Notes: generated from the sequence alone by a model not told the origin. A stretch of DNA of 23,098 bases from Promethearchaeota archaeon (GCA_029838195.1 JALGVJ010000049.1:1-23098); one strand, 5' to 3'; counted from the first letter of the stretch, positions 9,437 through 19,407 are shown. A program made the numbers and translations.

Positions 9437-10022
9437 TTCCTTTTTTAAAGCATATATTCTTTATTTTTAAATCAAATAATAATAACTTTTCCTTTTCTGA
9501 AAAATTCTTTAGAAATTTGAGATAAAATAAAGGTTTTGAATGAAATCATCATGATAAGAAATTCTTTTTTTCCATATTAACCCACATCATTTTCATTAAA
9601 TGTACTTAACTTTTATGGAACAAGCTTCGAATACACTCTTGTTAAAATCAAAGGATTTTAGGTCCAGATTTAAAGGGATGAAAAGGTTTTTGGGAGAGAT
9701 TTTGGAGATAATTTATAATGAATGAAAAATCTCTTAGCATTCAGAGGGATAAATTCAAGATAGACATATTGGACCATGAGATAAATGGGAACAAAATAAA
9801 AAAAGAGGAAAAATTTCTTCATGAATAAAAAAAGGCGAAAAGATCAGTGAATTTTCATTCATTCGTGAAATTATTCTATATCGTAAATTTTTTTTTAATA
9901 TTTTTTTTATGTTTTTTTTCTTTCGAATGCGTTTAACCATTAATCTTAGGACATTTTTGAATATTAAATAATAATATAAAAAATAAGATTTTAAAATAAA
10001 AATAGAGCACGATTTCAATGAT

Positions 10023-11480
10023 TTAACAAGAATCCTTTAATCTTCTTGAATAATTCGTGATTTTCGGCAAAAGAGGCAGAAATTCCAAAGGATCTCCGAA
10101 AACGGGAATCTTTTTATCATGTAATAGAGAAGAAATTCTCTCACGATGCTTCGGACAATTAGCTCTCTGAATTATGGGTATTAAGGGCTTGTCATGAGCA
10201 TGGCCTAAATTGAAGGCCTTAATTAAATTTTTTTCCAATTTATCGTCGGGCAGGACGTAAAAATCGGGGTGAAAATACCAACAAGGTAAATCCATGATTA
10301 ATGCATCAATGTTTTTATCTGATAAAGCTAAATCAATAATATCAATGATGCTTTCACTATAAAAAAGCTGAGCTGCTACATCCAACGGATTTTTGGGACT
10401 CGTTCCTTCCATAAAAAACTTATTTTCTATTTTTTCTTGAATATCGGGACTAAAAGGAGGTATCCTCATGCCATGACTTTCAATCAAGTCGCATAATACA
10501 ACACCATAGCCGCCACTGATGGAAAATACGGCAATATTATTATATTCCCTAATTCCATAAAAATTTATTAATCTGGCAGCATGTAATAATTGTTCTAACG
10601 AATCTACTTCTATAAGATTATATTGCCTAAAGAGTGTTTTCCAAATTGCCGTATTTCCAGCTATAGAAGCCGTGTGAGTTTTTGCTGCAATCGCTCCCAT
10701 GCTGGATTTTCCTCCTTTTAAAATTATGATTGGTTTTTTATGATGGTTCATGTTTTCTGATAATACACGCTTTAAAATCTTAGCTCTATGATTCTTTATA
10801 CCTTCTAAATAACAGGTGATGATATTCGTTTCCGGGTCATTCATTAAATAATTTAAGAGATCCACGAAATCTACATCGGCTCCATTTCCAAAAGAAAAAA
10901 CTTTCGAAAAATAGATTCCCAACTCCATGCCCGAATACACGGCTAAATTACATATTCCCCCACTTTGTGCGATGAATCCGACGTTTCCTGGAATTGTTGG
11001 AAATTTAGGCCTCCATGCGATCCCTAATTTGGGATAAAACAATCCCAATCCATTAGGCCCTAGAATCCTAACTCTATTTTGTGCTTTCTTGATTAATTCT
11101 TGTTCGAGTTTTACTCCTTCTTCCGTTCCGGCATCAGAAAAATTAGCGGCGAATATAGTTGCTAATTTCACCCCTTTTTCCGCACATTCCTCAATTACAT
11201 TTATTACTTTATTAGCGGGGACTGCAATAAAAACAAAATCTACATTATCGGGAATCTCTTTGATGGATTTAAAGATTTTATTTTTCGTGCCATCATCGAA
11301 TCCCGGAATTTGATTTAATGACGGGTGTACGGCATAAATGTTTCCGGAAAAATTTTCCGCGTGATTTCGCAAGAAAAAGAAATTACGTTTTTCCGAAGGC
11401 CCTATTACTGCAATTGACTTGATTTCATTAATGAAGGAAAGATCTTTCAAGCCATCCTTATCGTTATTTAGCACGTGCAT
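10023..11480 (-). CDS. Second ADP-forming acyl-CoA synthetase alpha-type subunit (CoA-binding protein)
   Basis: KSIAVIGPS, RILGPNGLG, AQSGG, SFGNGADVD, YLEG, AKTHT (phospho-His), SGGYGV and NPLDV. No ATP-grasp domain. Confidence 0.9.
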   Translation of the reverse strand: MHVLNNDKDGLKDLSFINEIKSIAVIGPSEKRNFFFLRNHAENFSGNIYAVHPSLNQIPGFDDGTKNKIFKSIKEIPDNVDFVFIAVPANKVINVIEECAEKGVKLATIFAANFSDAGTEEGVKLEQELIKKAQNRVRILGPNGLGLFYPKLGIAWRPKFPTIPGNVGFIAQSGGICNLAVYSGMELGIYFSKVFSFGNGADVDFVDLLNYLMNDPETNIITCYLEGIKNHRAKILKRVLSENMNHHKKPIIILKGGKSSMGAIAAKTHTASIAGNTAIWKTLFRQYNLIEVDSLEQLLHAARLINFYGIREYNNIAVFSISGGYGVVLCDLIESHGMRIPPFSPDIQEKIENKFFMEGTSPKNPLDVAAQLFYSESIIDIIDLALSDKNIDALIMDLPCWYFHPDFYVLPDDKLEKNLIKAFNLGHAHDKPLIPIIQRANCPKHRERISSLLHDKKIPVFGDPLEFLPLLPKITNYSRRLKDSC

Positions 11481-11636
11481 TAAGATTAAAAAGAGGACAA
11501 GTAATTAAAACCTAGAGTTAGAATTATAATTTATAAGAATAACCATTAAATGAAAAGAAAACATATTAATAAACGATTCTATGAACCACGTGTATTTCAT
11601 GCTCATAATTTTCACAAAATGAAGGTAAATGAAACG

Positions 11637-12137
11637 ATGCCTCATAATAATGAAAAGATAAAACAACGCTCGAAAAAAATGATCGAGCTCTTTAACTCGT
11701 TTAAAGAGCAAGATTTATCCCAGTTTCCTGTTCCTCCCTTTACGAAATGGCTAAATGGAAGAGTTATTAATGCTAAGCTAGGGGAAATTGAATTAGAATT
11801 CCTCGTGAGGCCAGAAATGGCAAATCCCACGGGCCTATTACATGGCGGCATGCAATGTGCTTTAATTGACGATGTAATTGGAATGATGAGTGCTACTTTA
11901 GGATATGAAGGATTTTTAATTTCCTTAGATCTCCATGTTAACTATCTTGACAAGGTAAAAATAGGAGAAAAAGTTCGCGTGAAAGCAAGTGTAGTTCGGG
12001 ATGGACGCTACATTGCTCATGCATTTGCTCAAATCTTGAATAGTGAAGGAAAATTAATCGCAACAGGAAATTGCAATTTATTAAAAACGAGATTTAAACC
12101 GGATATCGTAAAAGCAGTAGATGAGACTTATAAATAG
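11637..12137 (+). CDS. PaaI-family hotdog-fold thioesterase
   Basis: MANPTGLLHGGMQCALIDD and SLDLHVNYL. The start is uncertain (11550, 11619, 11637 or 11679); GAAGGT precedes 11637. Confidence 0.9.
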   Translation: MPHNNEKIKQRSKKMIELFNSFKEQDLSQFPVPPFTKWLNGRVINAKLGEIELEFLVRPEMANPTGLLHGGMQCALIDDVIGMMSATLGYEGFLISLDLHVNYLDKVKIGEKVRVKASVVRDGRYIAHAFAQILNSEGKLIATGNCNLLKTRFKPDIVKAVDETYK

Positions 12138-12294
12138 TAAAATGAAGTGTTTCAGTAGAAAATCTTGCTTTTAATGAGCGAATAGAAATTAAGATCTTCC
12201 ATGTTAACTTTTAAATAAAAAAATTCATTTTATTTTATTCAAATTTCAAGGAAATACTTGAATAGAGCTTTAATTTACACGAGTGTAAAATAAC

Positions 12295-13476
12295 ATGGTT
12301 CTGAATGAAGAAAATGTGTACAGAATAACGGAGCGGTTAGCTTTTCCACGACTAGTGGGATCAGAAGGCGAAAAAAAAGCTATAAAAATCATTGTTGAAG
12401 AACTACAAGAGGCAGGATTCAAGAATATTCATCGAGAACCCTTCATGACCTCATTTAAATTATGGATGATCGGGCGTATCGCTTTTATTCCTTTAGGATT
12501 GTTAATAATTTTAACTTCAATTTCCTATATGATAATACCTTGGCTTTCATTGATTACATCCCTTTTTACTCTTCTCCTTCTTCTCAAACTCTTGGGAATC
12601 ACTAATACTACGAAAATCACGTTAAGTAAAAATGAAAAATATAACCATAAGACGGAAAACATTTATGTAGAATTATTAAATGGTCAGCCAAAAAGTACTA
12701 TCGTGTTTCTTGGGCATCATGATAGTAAGAGTCAAACAATGTCCGTTATTGTCCGTTATTTCGTATTTATCATTGCGGTATTTGGAGGATTAATCTTATT
12801 GATCTCTTTCATCATTTTAAGCGTGCTAAAATTAATTATTTCTAAATTCAATTTTCCCATTATAGATTATAGCTTATTAATCATCAGTGTGGTTTGTGCG
12901 TTAATTGGCATGACTAATTTTTTTAATAAAACCCAAAATAAATCTCCAGGAGCCAAAGACAACGCTGCTGCTGTCGGCGTTATAATTGAACTAGCGCGAT
13001 ATTTCAAGAATAATCCTTTAAATGCCACGAGATTGATCTTCTTACTCACGGGATCGGAAGAATTAAATTTAGGAGGAGCAAAAAGTTTTATTTTATCCCA
13101 TGAACATGAATTCGACCGAGACTCTACGTATTTCATAAATTTGGACTCCATAGGAGGTAATGGGGCCATGAAAATATTAACTGCTTATGGCATTCCCCGG
13201 AAATTTCTCTCTAAAGAACTTGAAGCCTTTTTCGCTGAATCTTGTAAGAAATTAAAGATTAATTTGAAAAAACTTTATTTACCAACAGGAGCTTGGGCAG
13301 ATCATGCCCCTTTCGCTAAACGAGGGTTTAAAGCCACGACCGTGAGCTCCGATGGAGGCGAAAGGGAAATCCATACCGTTAAAGATGACATGAGTATTAT
13401 TGACAAACAAGCACTAAGGAACTGTCTCTTAGTATGTCTTGATGTTGCTTCTGCAATTCAAAACAAATATTCTTAA
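12295..13476 (+). CDS. Membrane-embedded M28-family metallopeptidase
   Basis: PRLVGSEGE, GHHDS, PGAKDNAAA, GSEE, INLDSIG, ADHAPF and IHT..DD, plus about four hydrophobic segments. Confidence 0.88.
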   Translation: MVLNEENVYRITERLAFPRLVGSEGEKKAIKIIVEELQEAGFKNIHREPFMTSFKLWMIGRIAFIPLGLLIILTSISYMIIPWLSLITSLFTLLLLLKLLGITNTTKITLSKNEKYNHKTENIYVELLNGQPKSTIVFLGHHDSKSQTMSVIVRYFVFIIAVFGGLILLISFIILSVLKLIISKFNFPIIDYSLLIISVVCALIGMTNFFNKTQNKSPGAKDNAAAVGVIIELARYFKNNPLNATRLIFLLTGSEELNLGGAKSFILSHEHEFDRDSTYFINLDSIGGNGAMKILTAYGIPRKFLSKELEAFFAESCKKLKINLKKLYLPTGAWADHAPFAKRGFKATTVSSDGGEREIHTVKDDMSIIDKQALRNCLLVCLDVASAIQNKYS

Positions 13477-13486
13477 ACTTTTTTTT

Positions 13487-14551
13487 TTAATTCTTACCTT
13501 TTTTTCCTTTTTTACCCCTAATTATTGCCGTTCCTAACTCAATCATTCTATTAAAGGGTTCCTCTCTGTCTTCTCTCAAGACTAACGTGATTGCTTCTTC
13601 AGGACAAGAGGAATAGCAGAGACCGCAGCCCAAACACTTTTCACGGTCCACATGGGCGCTCTCTATTAATTCAATTGCTTTTACGGGACATCTTTCAACG
13701 CATGAGCCACATCCAATGCACTTATCGGGATCAATCACTGATTCAAACAATGCATTCAAGAATTTATGTTTATCTTGGCCATATTGGGTGATTCCTTTCA
13801 TGGAGGCACAGCAGCAAGGGCAACAATTACAAATATTCGAAAGATGCTTTGAATTAGCGCCCGCATGAACTAATCCTGCTTTATCGGCTTCTTCAATAAT
13901 TTTTAATGCTTCCTCTGCCGTAATTTCCCTGCCTATACCATTTTCAATGTAATATTCAGCCGCCACACCAAAACTCAGGCATGTTTCTAAAGGATAATTA
14001 CATCCCTTTCCCGTTAAGCGGGCTTCCTTTCTACAAATGCATTCGGTAAGCGAAATTTTCCTGGCATTCTTGATGCTTTCTTCTAATTTATGATAAGGAA
14101 ATAGGGTCATGTTTGGTTCAATGGCTTCATTTACGGGTAGTACTTTAAAGCCCGGTACGTTGCTTGCTCCCAATTCTTCCAAAAATACCTCGTCATAATA
14201 TTTCTTATATAATTCAGCTAAATGTTTATCCATTTTTTTAACGGAATATTCATACAACCCTATCATGAAGGGCACCGCATTATAATATGTTTTTCCTCCC
14301 CGACGAGTCCTAAAAATTAGCCCCTTTTTCGACATGGCTTCCAATTTTTCTTCTAACTCTTCCGCATTTAATCCATGTTTTTTGGCGATTTGCTTTGCTT
14401 CTTGAGGTATGGGCGATAAAAAGGTCACTAAATGGGCTTCTTCCCGGGTAAAAAGCTGCTTTAAGATTTCTATTTCAACACCGGAAGGGGATTCCGGAAA
14501 ACCAATAGGAAATTCATTTAAAAACCGTCTTAATTTCTGATACTCATCCAT
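13487..14551 (-). CDS. Cys-rich 4Fe-4S dicluster protein with an N-terminal winged-helix-like region
   Basis: C-terminal CIGCGSCVERCP and CLGCGLCYSSCP; internal CICR..C...C and CNCCPCCC; N-terminal P.GFP...SGVE...L..LF..EEA. The start is probably the ATG at 14551 (the ORF track gives the TTG at 14566). Confidence 0.85.
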   Translation of the reverse strand: MDEYQKLRRFLNEFPIGFPESPSGVEIEILKQLFTREEAHLVTFLSPIPQEAKQIAKKHGLNAEELEEKLEAMSKKGLIFRTRRGGKTYYNAVPFMIGLYEYSVKKMDKHLAELYKKYYDEVFLEELGASNVPGFKVLPVNEAIEPNMTLFPYHKLEESIKNARKISLTECICRKEARLTGKGCNYPLETCLSFGVAAEYYIENGIGREITAEEALKIIEEADKAGLVHAGANSKHLSNICNCCPCCCASMKGITQYGQDKHKFLNALFESVIDPDKCIGCGSCVERCPVKAIELIESAHVDREKCLGCGLCYSSCPEEAITLVLREDREEPFNRMIELGTAIIRGKKGKKGKN

Positions 14552-14682
14552 GTTCTTAATCTCCAAGATTATTAATTAACTTATTTAAGAGATAATTATT
14601 TGATTTCCTTTAAAATTTTTTCAACTCATCTGAAAATTAAGGAAAATATTTATTCCTGTTAAAAAGAGCTAGGAATGAGCAT

Positions 14683-14871
14683 GTGAGTGGGCCTTTTTTT
14701 AATAATCAGGTGATTGTTTTAAGGGTACCCGCTCGAGATCGTATAAAATTCGCTTATAAGGATGTGGATTTAAAAAACGGAGATGAGGCTTATTATTATG
14801 CTCGGGCAACCCAATTTGATGGAGAGCGTGCTTGGAGTTCTTCTATTTGGGTTAAAGCTAAGTACATTTAA
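14683..14871 (+). pseudogene. Orphan C-terminal fragment resembling the end of DUF3604/PHP-like hydrolase proteins
   Basis: YYYARATQFDGERAWSSSIWV matches the YYYxRxxQxDGxxAWSSPIW terminus I recall from much larger proteins. Only 62 codons are present, and the upstream DNA is AT-rich and non-coding. Confidence 0.65.
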
Positions 14872-14961
14872 GTTATATTCTTTTAAACAAAAATAATCAT
14901 GTTAAATTAAGGATAAAATTTAATACTTTAATAATTAATTTCTTGATGAGTAAAAAAAGGT

Positions 14962-16089
14962 TTAATTCAAGTTTTCAAGACAAAATTGAATGGCTGGAAT
15001 GATATGATAAGCAATTCCTAAAATATGGGGGCTTAATTCCGCTCTAGGTTCTCTATAAATTTCATATTGACAGTCAATATGGTATTTCTCTAAAGTTTCA
15101 TGAATTTCTTTAATCGCAATCGCACATCCGTATTCATCTCTTTCATCACAATTCATTAGTAAATGAACTTTTTTCAGAGCATCTGGCCTTTTTTTGATGA
15201 GATTATTGATATCATGGTTTAGCCAATTCGATAATGCCTCTTGATTCATTTCTATTATTTTACCTTTCTCGTCTTTCTTAATAGAAGGAATTAAGCGATT
15301 GTCATTTGAAAAAATTAAATCGCAAGTATCTAAAATATCCTCCCACATTTTCTCGCCCAGGCGTTTAGCTATTTTCTCACCGACAAGGTTTTTATAAAGA
15401 GAAATCATAAGTGTCCAATCTAATAGTTTAAAGGTGATATTTCCGGGACTTAATGCAGCAACTGCTTCAAATTTTTCTGAATGGTGAAGAGCAAATCGTA
15501 ATGCTCCTGCTCCTCCCATGGAGCCTCCCATAACTGCTCTATGAGCTTTGTCAGATAACGTGCGATAATGTGAATCAATATAATTTATAATATCCTTCAC
15601 GATGTAATCCATGTAATTGCCAGAATGCGGAGAATTTATATAAAAACTCCCTTTTGTCCCAATCTCTCCTCTCAAATTTCTTATGCGATGTAGATTAGGC
15701 ACGTGAAGACTTGCATCTGGTTGTACGAGAATGAATGGCTTTAAAATCCCATTCTTAATTAATTCATCCAATTTCTCATAGGATGGGAGGTTATCTACAT
15801 CAATTTTTTCCAATATTGTTTTTGGTATGAGTTCAAGAGGATATGCTCGATCTTTATCATGAAGAGAGGTTATTGTCCAATTATGATTGTTTCCTCCATA
15901 CCCATGCAAAAAGTAAATGACCGGATATCGAAGTTCATCAGATTCAAAATAACCTGGTGGCAAATAAATCCGCAAATCTCGGTCCACGGGGCTATTAAGG
16001 GGATTATTTCGTAAACTTTTTGTATGAATGATATCAATTCGGTACCTCTCTCTTGATTGATTTTTAAAAAAAAAATTTTCCTTGCTCAT
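14962..16089 (-). CDS. Putative esterase (alpha/beta hydrolase, Fes/S-formylglutathione hydrolase-like)
   Basis: IYLPPGY, RYPVIYFLHGYGG, YIDSHYRT and the nucleophile elbow GGSMGG; candidate Asp (RDEYG) and His (SPH). Confidence 0.9.
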   Translation of the reverse strand: MSKENFFFKNQSRERYRIDIIHTKSLRNNPLNSPVDRDLRIYLPPGYFESDELRYPVIYFLHGYGGNNHNWTITSLHDKDRAYPLELIPKTILEKIDVDNLPSYEKLDELIKNGILKPFILVQPDASLHVPNLHRIRNLRGEIGTKGSFYINSPHSGNYMDYIVKDIINYIDSHYRTLSDKAHRAVMGGSMGGAGALRFALHHSEKFEAVAALSPGNITFKLLDWTLMISLYKNLVGEKIAKRLGEKMWEDILDTCDLIFSNDNRLIPSIKKDEKGKIIEMNQEALSNWLNHDINNLIKKRPDALKKVHLLMNCDERDEYGCAIAIKEIHETLEKYHIDCQYEIYREPRAELSPHILGIAYHIIPAIQFCLENLN

Positions 16090-16777
16090 GATGTATATTA
16101 AACTATTTACCCGCTAAATAGATTTCTAAATCTTTCAAAATTCATATTTTGTTGCTAAAAATATCTAATGGCTCTCAATATTAAATTAATTAATATTCAT
16201 TAAGGAAGTTTAATAAAAAATTATCAAATATAGTGGATCTTCATTCTCTCCGATTTAAAATTTCATGAGCTTAAAATTTTTTTTGATTATAGCAATGGGA
16301 AAGAGACTTATTAAATTCTTGCAAGTAAGCCTTAAAAAGAGTTTTATTTGATAATAATTTTTCTGATAAAGACACTTTTTTGCTTTTTTTTTTACCATTC
16401 AATTACGGCATTTTAACCATTGAAAGCCACGTGCATCTTTAAAGATTAAACATTGATTAAAACCTATCTTATTTTTTAAATTGCCCAAGATAAGAACTTC
16501 AAAATTATCTGCTAGTACAATTTAAAAATCGCAGTTCTTAATTAAAAATAATTTAATCTTTTCCAAGGCCGTAAAGGAAGGGAAATATTCGAAATTTTTT
16601 ATAGAATATAAATTTTAATAATTCAAAAACATGACATTCCTTTTATATCAATTTTTTCGTATAATTTAAAAATATTCTCATGATTTAATGAAATTATTAA
16701 TGATCTTTTTATAAGATCAATACTTTTGAACTTTTGTTTTAACCAATTAAGATAATGAGAAAAAAGGAAAGTGTTAA

Positions 16778-17389
16778 ATGAGCATGATACTTGCGATTAT
16801 AAATTTCATTTCTTTATCATGTGCCCTTTTTATAATGGCTTATACTTACACGATCAGCATTCAACCCGTTAAACGTTCGGAGAAAAGAGGAGAAAAGGCA
16901 TGGAAAGAATGTAAAACTTACCGTTCCATAGCAGGATTAGCAGAGTTGATTTCAATAATTAATTTAATAATCTGGATTTGGTTTCCCCTTCCCGTGGTAA
17001 ATGAATGGAAAATTAGTTCTAATATTTGGGTTGGAATCATTATTGGTATTTGTATAATTATTCCATGCTCAATTATCATGGGAAAAGCCATAAAAGATGC
17101 AGGATCCGAAACGCTATCCCCTTCTAAAGATTCCGTAATGTACGGAGGTATCTATAAATATATTAGACATCCTCAAACAATAGGCGAATTTCCTACTTTT
17201 GTTGCCTTGGGGTTCTTGCTTAATTCTTGGCTCCTGGTTCTCATCAGTAGCGTCTATATCATTTGTTATACTCCTATCATGATTTATTATGAAGAAAAAG
17301 ATTTAATTAGGAGATTTGGAGAGATATATGTTGAATATAAAAAACGAACTGGAGCTCTGTTTCCAAAATTAAAAAAAAATAACGTTTAA
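16778..17389 (+). CDS. Isoprenylcysteine carboxyl methyltransferase/PEMT-family membrane protein
   Basis: Multiple TM segments with GIYKYIRHP and EEKDL..RFG..Y.EYKKRT..LFP. Confidence 0.88.
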   Translation: MSMILAIINFISLSCALFIMAYTYTISIQPVKRSEKRGEKAWKECKTYRSIAGLAELISIINLIIWIWFPLPVVNEWKISSNIWVGIIIGICIIIPCSIIMGKAIKDAGSETLSPSKDSVMYGGIYKYIRHPQTIGEFPTFVALGFLLNSWLLVLISSVYIICYTPIMIYYEEKDLIRRFGEIYVEYKKRTGALFPKLKKNNV

Positions 17390-17460
17390 TATCATGATTA
17401 TGAGAACATTCTTTTATTTATTTATATTCAATCGAATGGTAGAAATAATATATAAGCAGA

Positions 17461-17907
17461 ATGAAATCTAAAAAATCAAAATTTAAAGTTCATGAGAATA
17501 TAATCAAAAATAAATATTTATTAATAGTAGCAATTTGCTTTTTAATATATTCTATTATTGAAACCTTAGATTGTGCATCTCTCTTGTTAATTTCTTTTAA
17601 TCTGATACCAAATATTTATCTTTCTTGGAATTTGATTAATGTCAAAGAGGTTCACGTTATATTAGAAAATCAACCCATTTTGTTTTTTCCCTTTTTCTTA
17701 AGTTTTACTCTAATGAGAATTTTTTCTACTATAGGAATTCTTAAAAATCTCTCATGGGGGCTTTATCTTGGTTTTATTAGTTTAATTCTGACCATGATAT
17801 TCACCACGCTCTTCATGCCCTTGGGATTTTTTGAACTCCTATTCTGCACGATTCTTTTAATTTTTCTTTTAATGGGTTATTTTGGCGAAAAAAAGATAAT
17901 TGCCTAA
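17461..17907 (+). CDS. Hypothetical membrane protein (about 4 TM)
   Basis: 148 aa hydrophobic ORF, co-oriented with the upstream gene. No motif recognised. Confidence 0.7.
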   Translation: MKSKKSKFKVHENIIKNKYLLIVAICFLIYSIIETLDCASLLLISFNLIPNIYLSWNLINVKEVHVILENQPILFFPFFLSFTLMRIFSTIGILKNLSWGLYLGFISLILTMIFTTLFMPLGFFELLFCTILLIFLLMGYFGEKKIIA

Positions 17908-17949
17908 ATATAATTGATAAAATTCCCCTTTTAATTAATTCTCTTGTAT

Positions 17950-19407
17950 TTAGAGACCGAGTCGTTTTAATTCTTCTGAATTGCGTAAGGCATCTTCTTT
18001 TTTTATTGTATATCCAAAAGCAAATATGATTGTCCCTATTATCAATATTATAAAGGGGATGATGCTAATTTGAAGTAAGAGTCCTAAAAATGCTAATTCT
18101 GTAAAAGTGGAAGGATCACCTGACACGAATCCTGTATAGCTCGAAACTATCGCAAAAATAAAAGTTTGAAGCGCATATGAGTAAGCAGTAAATACTCTTA
18201 AAATGCCAATATAAGAACCTTCTTCACGAACACGCCATTTAATAACGGCATTGTCTATGGCTTCTGCATTGAGATAGAGTCCCGAGACTATAACTCCTCC
18301 ATAGGAAAGCCCTCCAAATATGCAAAGGTAATTTAAAAAAGAAACTGGTATAAAAAACATCGCCAGAAAAAAAAAACTCAAGGAAAATAAACTAACTATA
18401 GTGCATTTCTTTGCTCCATATTTTTTAACTAAAGGAATGAATAATAATGAACCTACAAATGTCATGAGCAGGACGATGATATAAGGTAGAATCGCCTCGA
18501 TTGACCCTATATCATATCCTAGGCCATCATAAAAGAAAAACGGTAACCCATTTAAAAAACAAATCCCTGCTACCGAATATAAAAAAAACATTATAACATA
18601 AGTCATCCAATTCTTGTCCGTAAAGATGTGATTTAAAGTTGTTTTAAGATGGGTTTCATTTTTTTCTTTTTGTTTTTTGTCCAATGCCATGCGGAATGTT
18701 CTCATTTCTTTATTCTCATGAGCACCATACGCAAAAGGAATTAGTAGTATATATACTATCACGGCACATATTATTGCTGTTCCTATAAATGCTTGTTGGC
18801 TATCTTCGCCCCCTAACCATTGGATTATTAAGGGTATAAAAATAGCCATCGCCACTTGAAAAAGAATGCCAATGACTTGTTGGGCCCTTATACTCTTGGA
18901 ACGCTCTTCTACGCCTCGAAATAAATCAGGAAACAAGGCAGATTGATTGACTTCACTAAGAGTTCCCATGGTCTCAAAAATACACATCATGAGTATTGCC
19001 CACGTTACGGATATGATTAAATTACTTGGAATTTTCATTAAAAATGTCAATGGAACAAAACATAATATCAAAAATATGGGCTGAAACACTCGACCAATCA
19101 TGATCCAAGGCCAACGTTTTCCAAATCGTTCCGTGAATCTCGCAGAACGATCGGTAAGGATTCCCACGATAGGGTCATTAAAAGCGTCAACCGTGGAATA
19201 AATTAGATAAATTAATGAGATGGTAAGCTGTGAAAATAATAAAATATGAGCGGCATAATATTGCCAGCGGCTCCACATGTTATTGAGTATCGTAAAAATG
19301 GGTCCTCCCATAGCCCATGCCCAATATTTTATAGGTTTATGAGGGGGTCTCTTACTAACCTCTGAATTATCAACTTTTTCTCGAGAATACACGGTAATCT
19401 TTCTCAC
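17950..19407 (-). CDS. MFS transporter, glycoside-pentoside-hexuronide (MelB-like) family
   Basis: About 12 hydrophobic segments with DAFNDPIVGILTDR, FGKRWPW and REEGSYIG. GTG start. Confidence 0.9.
   Translation of the reverse strand: MRKITVYSREKVDNSEVSKRPPHKPIKYWAWAMGGPIFTILNNMWSRWQYYAAHILLFSQLTISLIYLIYSTVDAFNDPIVGILTDRSARFTERFGKRWPWIMIGRVFQPIFLILCFVPLTFLMKIPSNLIISVTWAILMMCIFETMGTLSEVNQSALFPDLFRGVEERSKSIRAQQVIGILFQVAMAIFIPLIIQWLGGEDSQQAFIGTAIICAVIVYILLIPFAYGAHENKEMRTFRMALDKKQKEKNETHLKTTLNHIFTDKNWMTYVIMFFLYSVAGICFLNGLPFFFYDGLGYDIGSIEAILPYIIVLLMTFVGSLLFIPLVKKYGAKKCTIVSLFSLSFFFLAMFFIPVSFLNYLCIFGGLSYGGVIVSGLYLNAEAIDNAVIKWRVREEGSYIGILRVFTAYSYALQTFIFAIVSSYTGFVSGDPSTFTELAFLGLLLQISIIPFIILIIGTIIFAFGYTIKKEDALRNSEELKRLGL

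Noticed and set aside
9755-10018. 87-aa minus-strand ORF
   Set aside because: Low-complexity K/I/F-rich translation of AT-rich spacer DNA.
16778-17389. ICMT-like gene as a eukaryotic signature for prenyl-protein methylation
   Set aside because: The ICMT/PEMT-like family is widespread in prokaryotes, and nothing in the window links it to CAAX processing.
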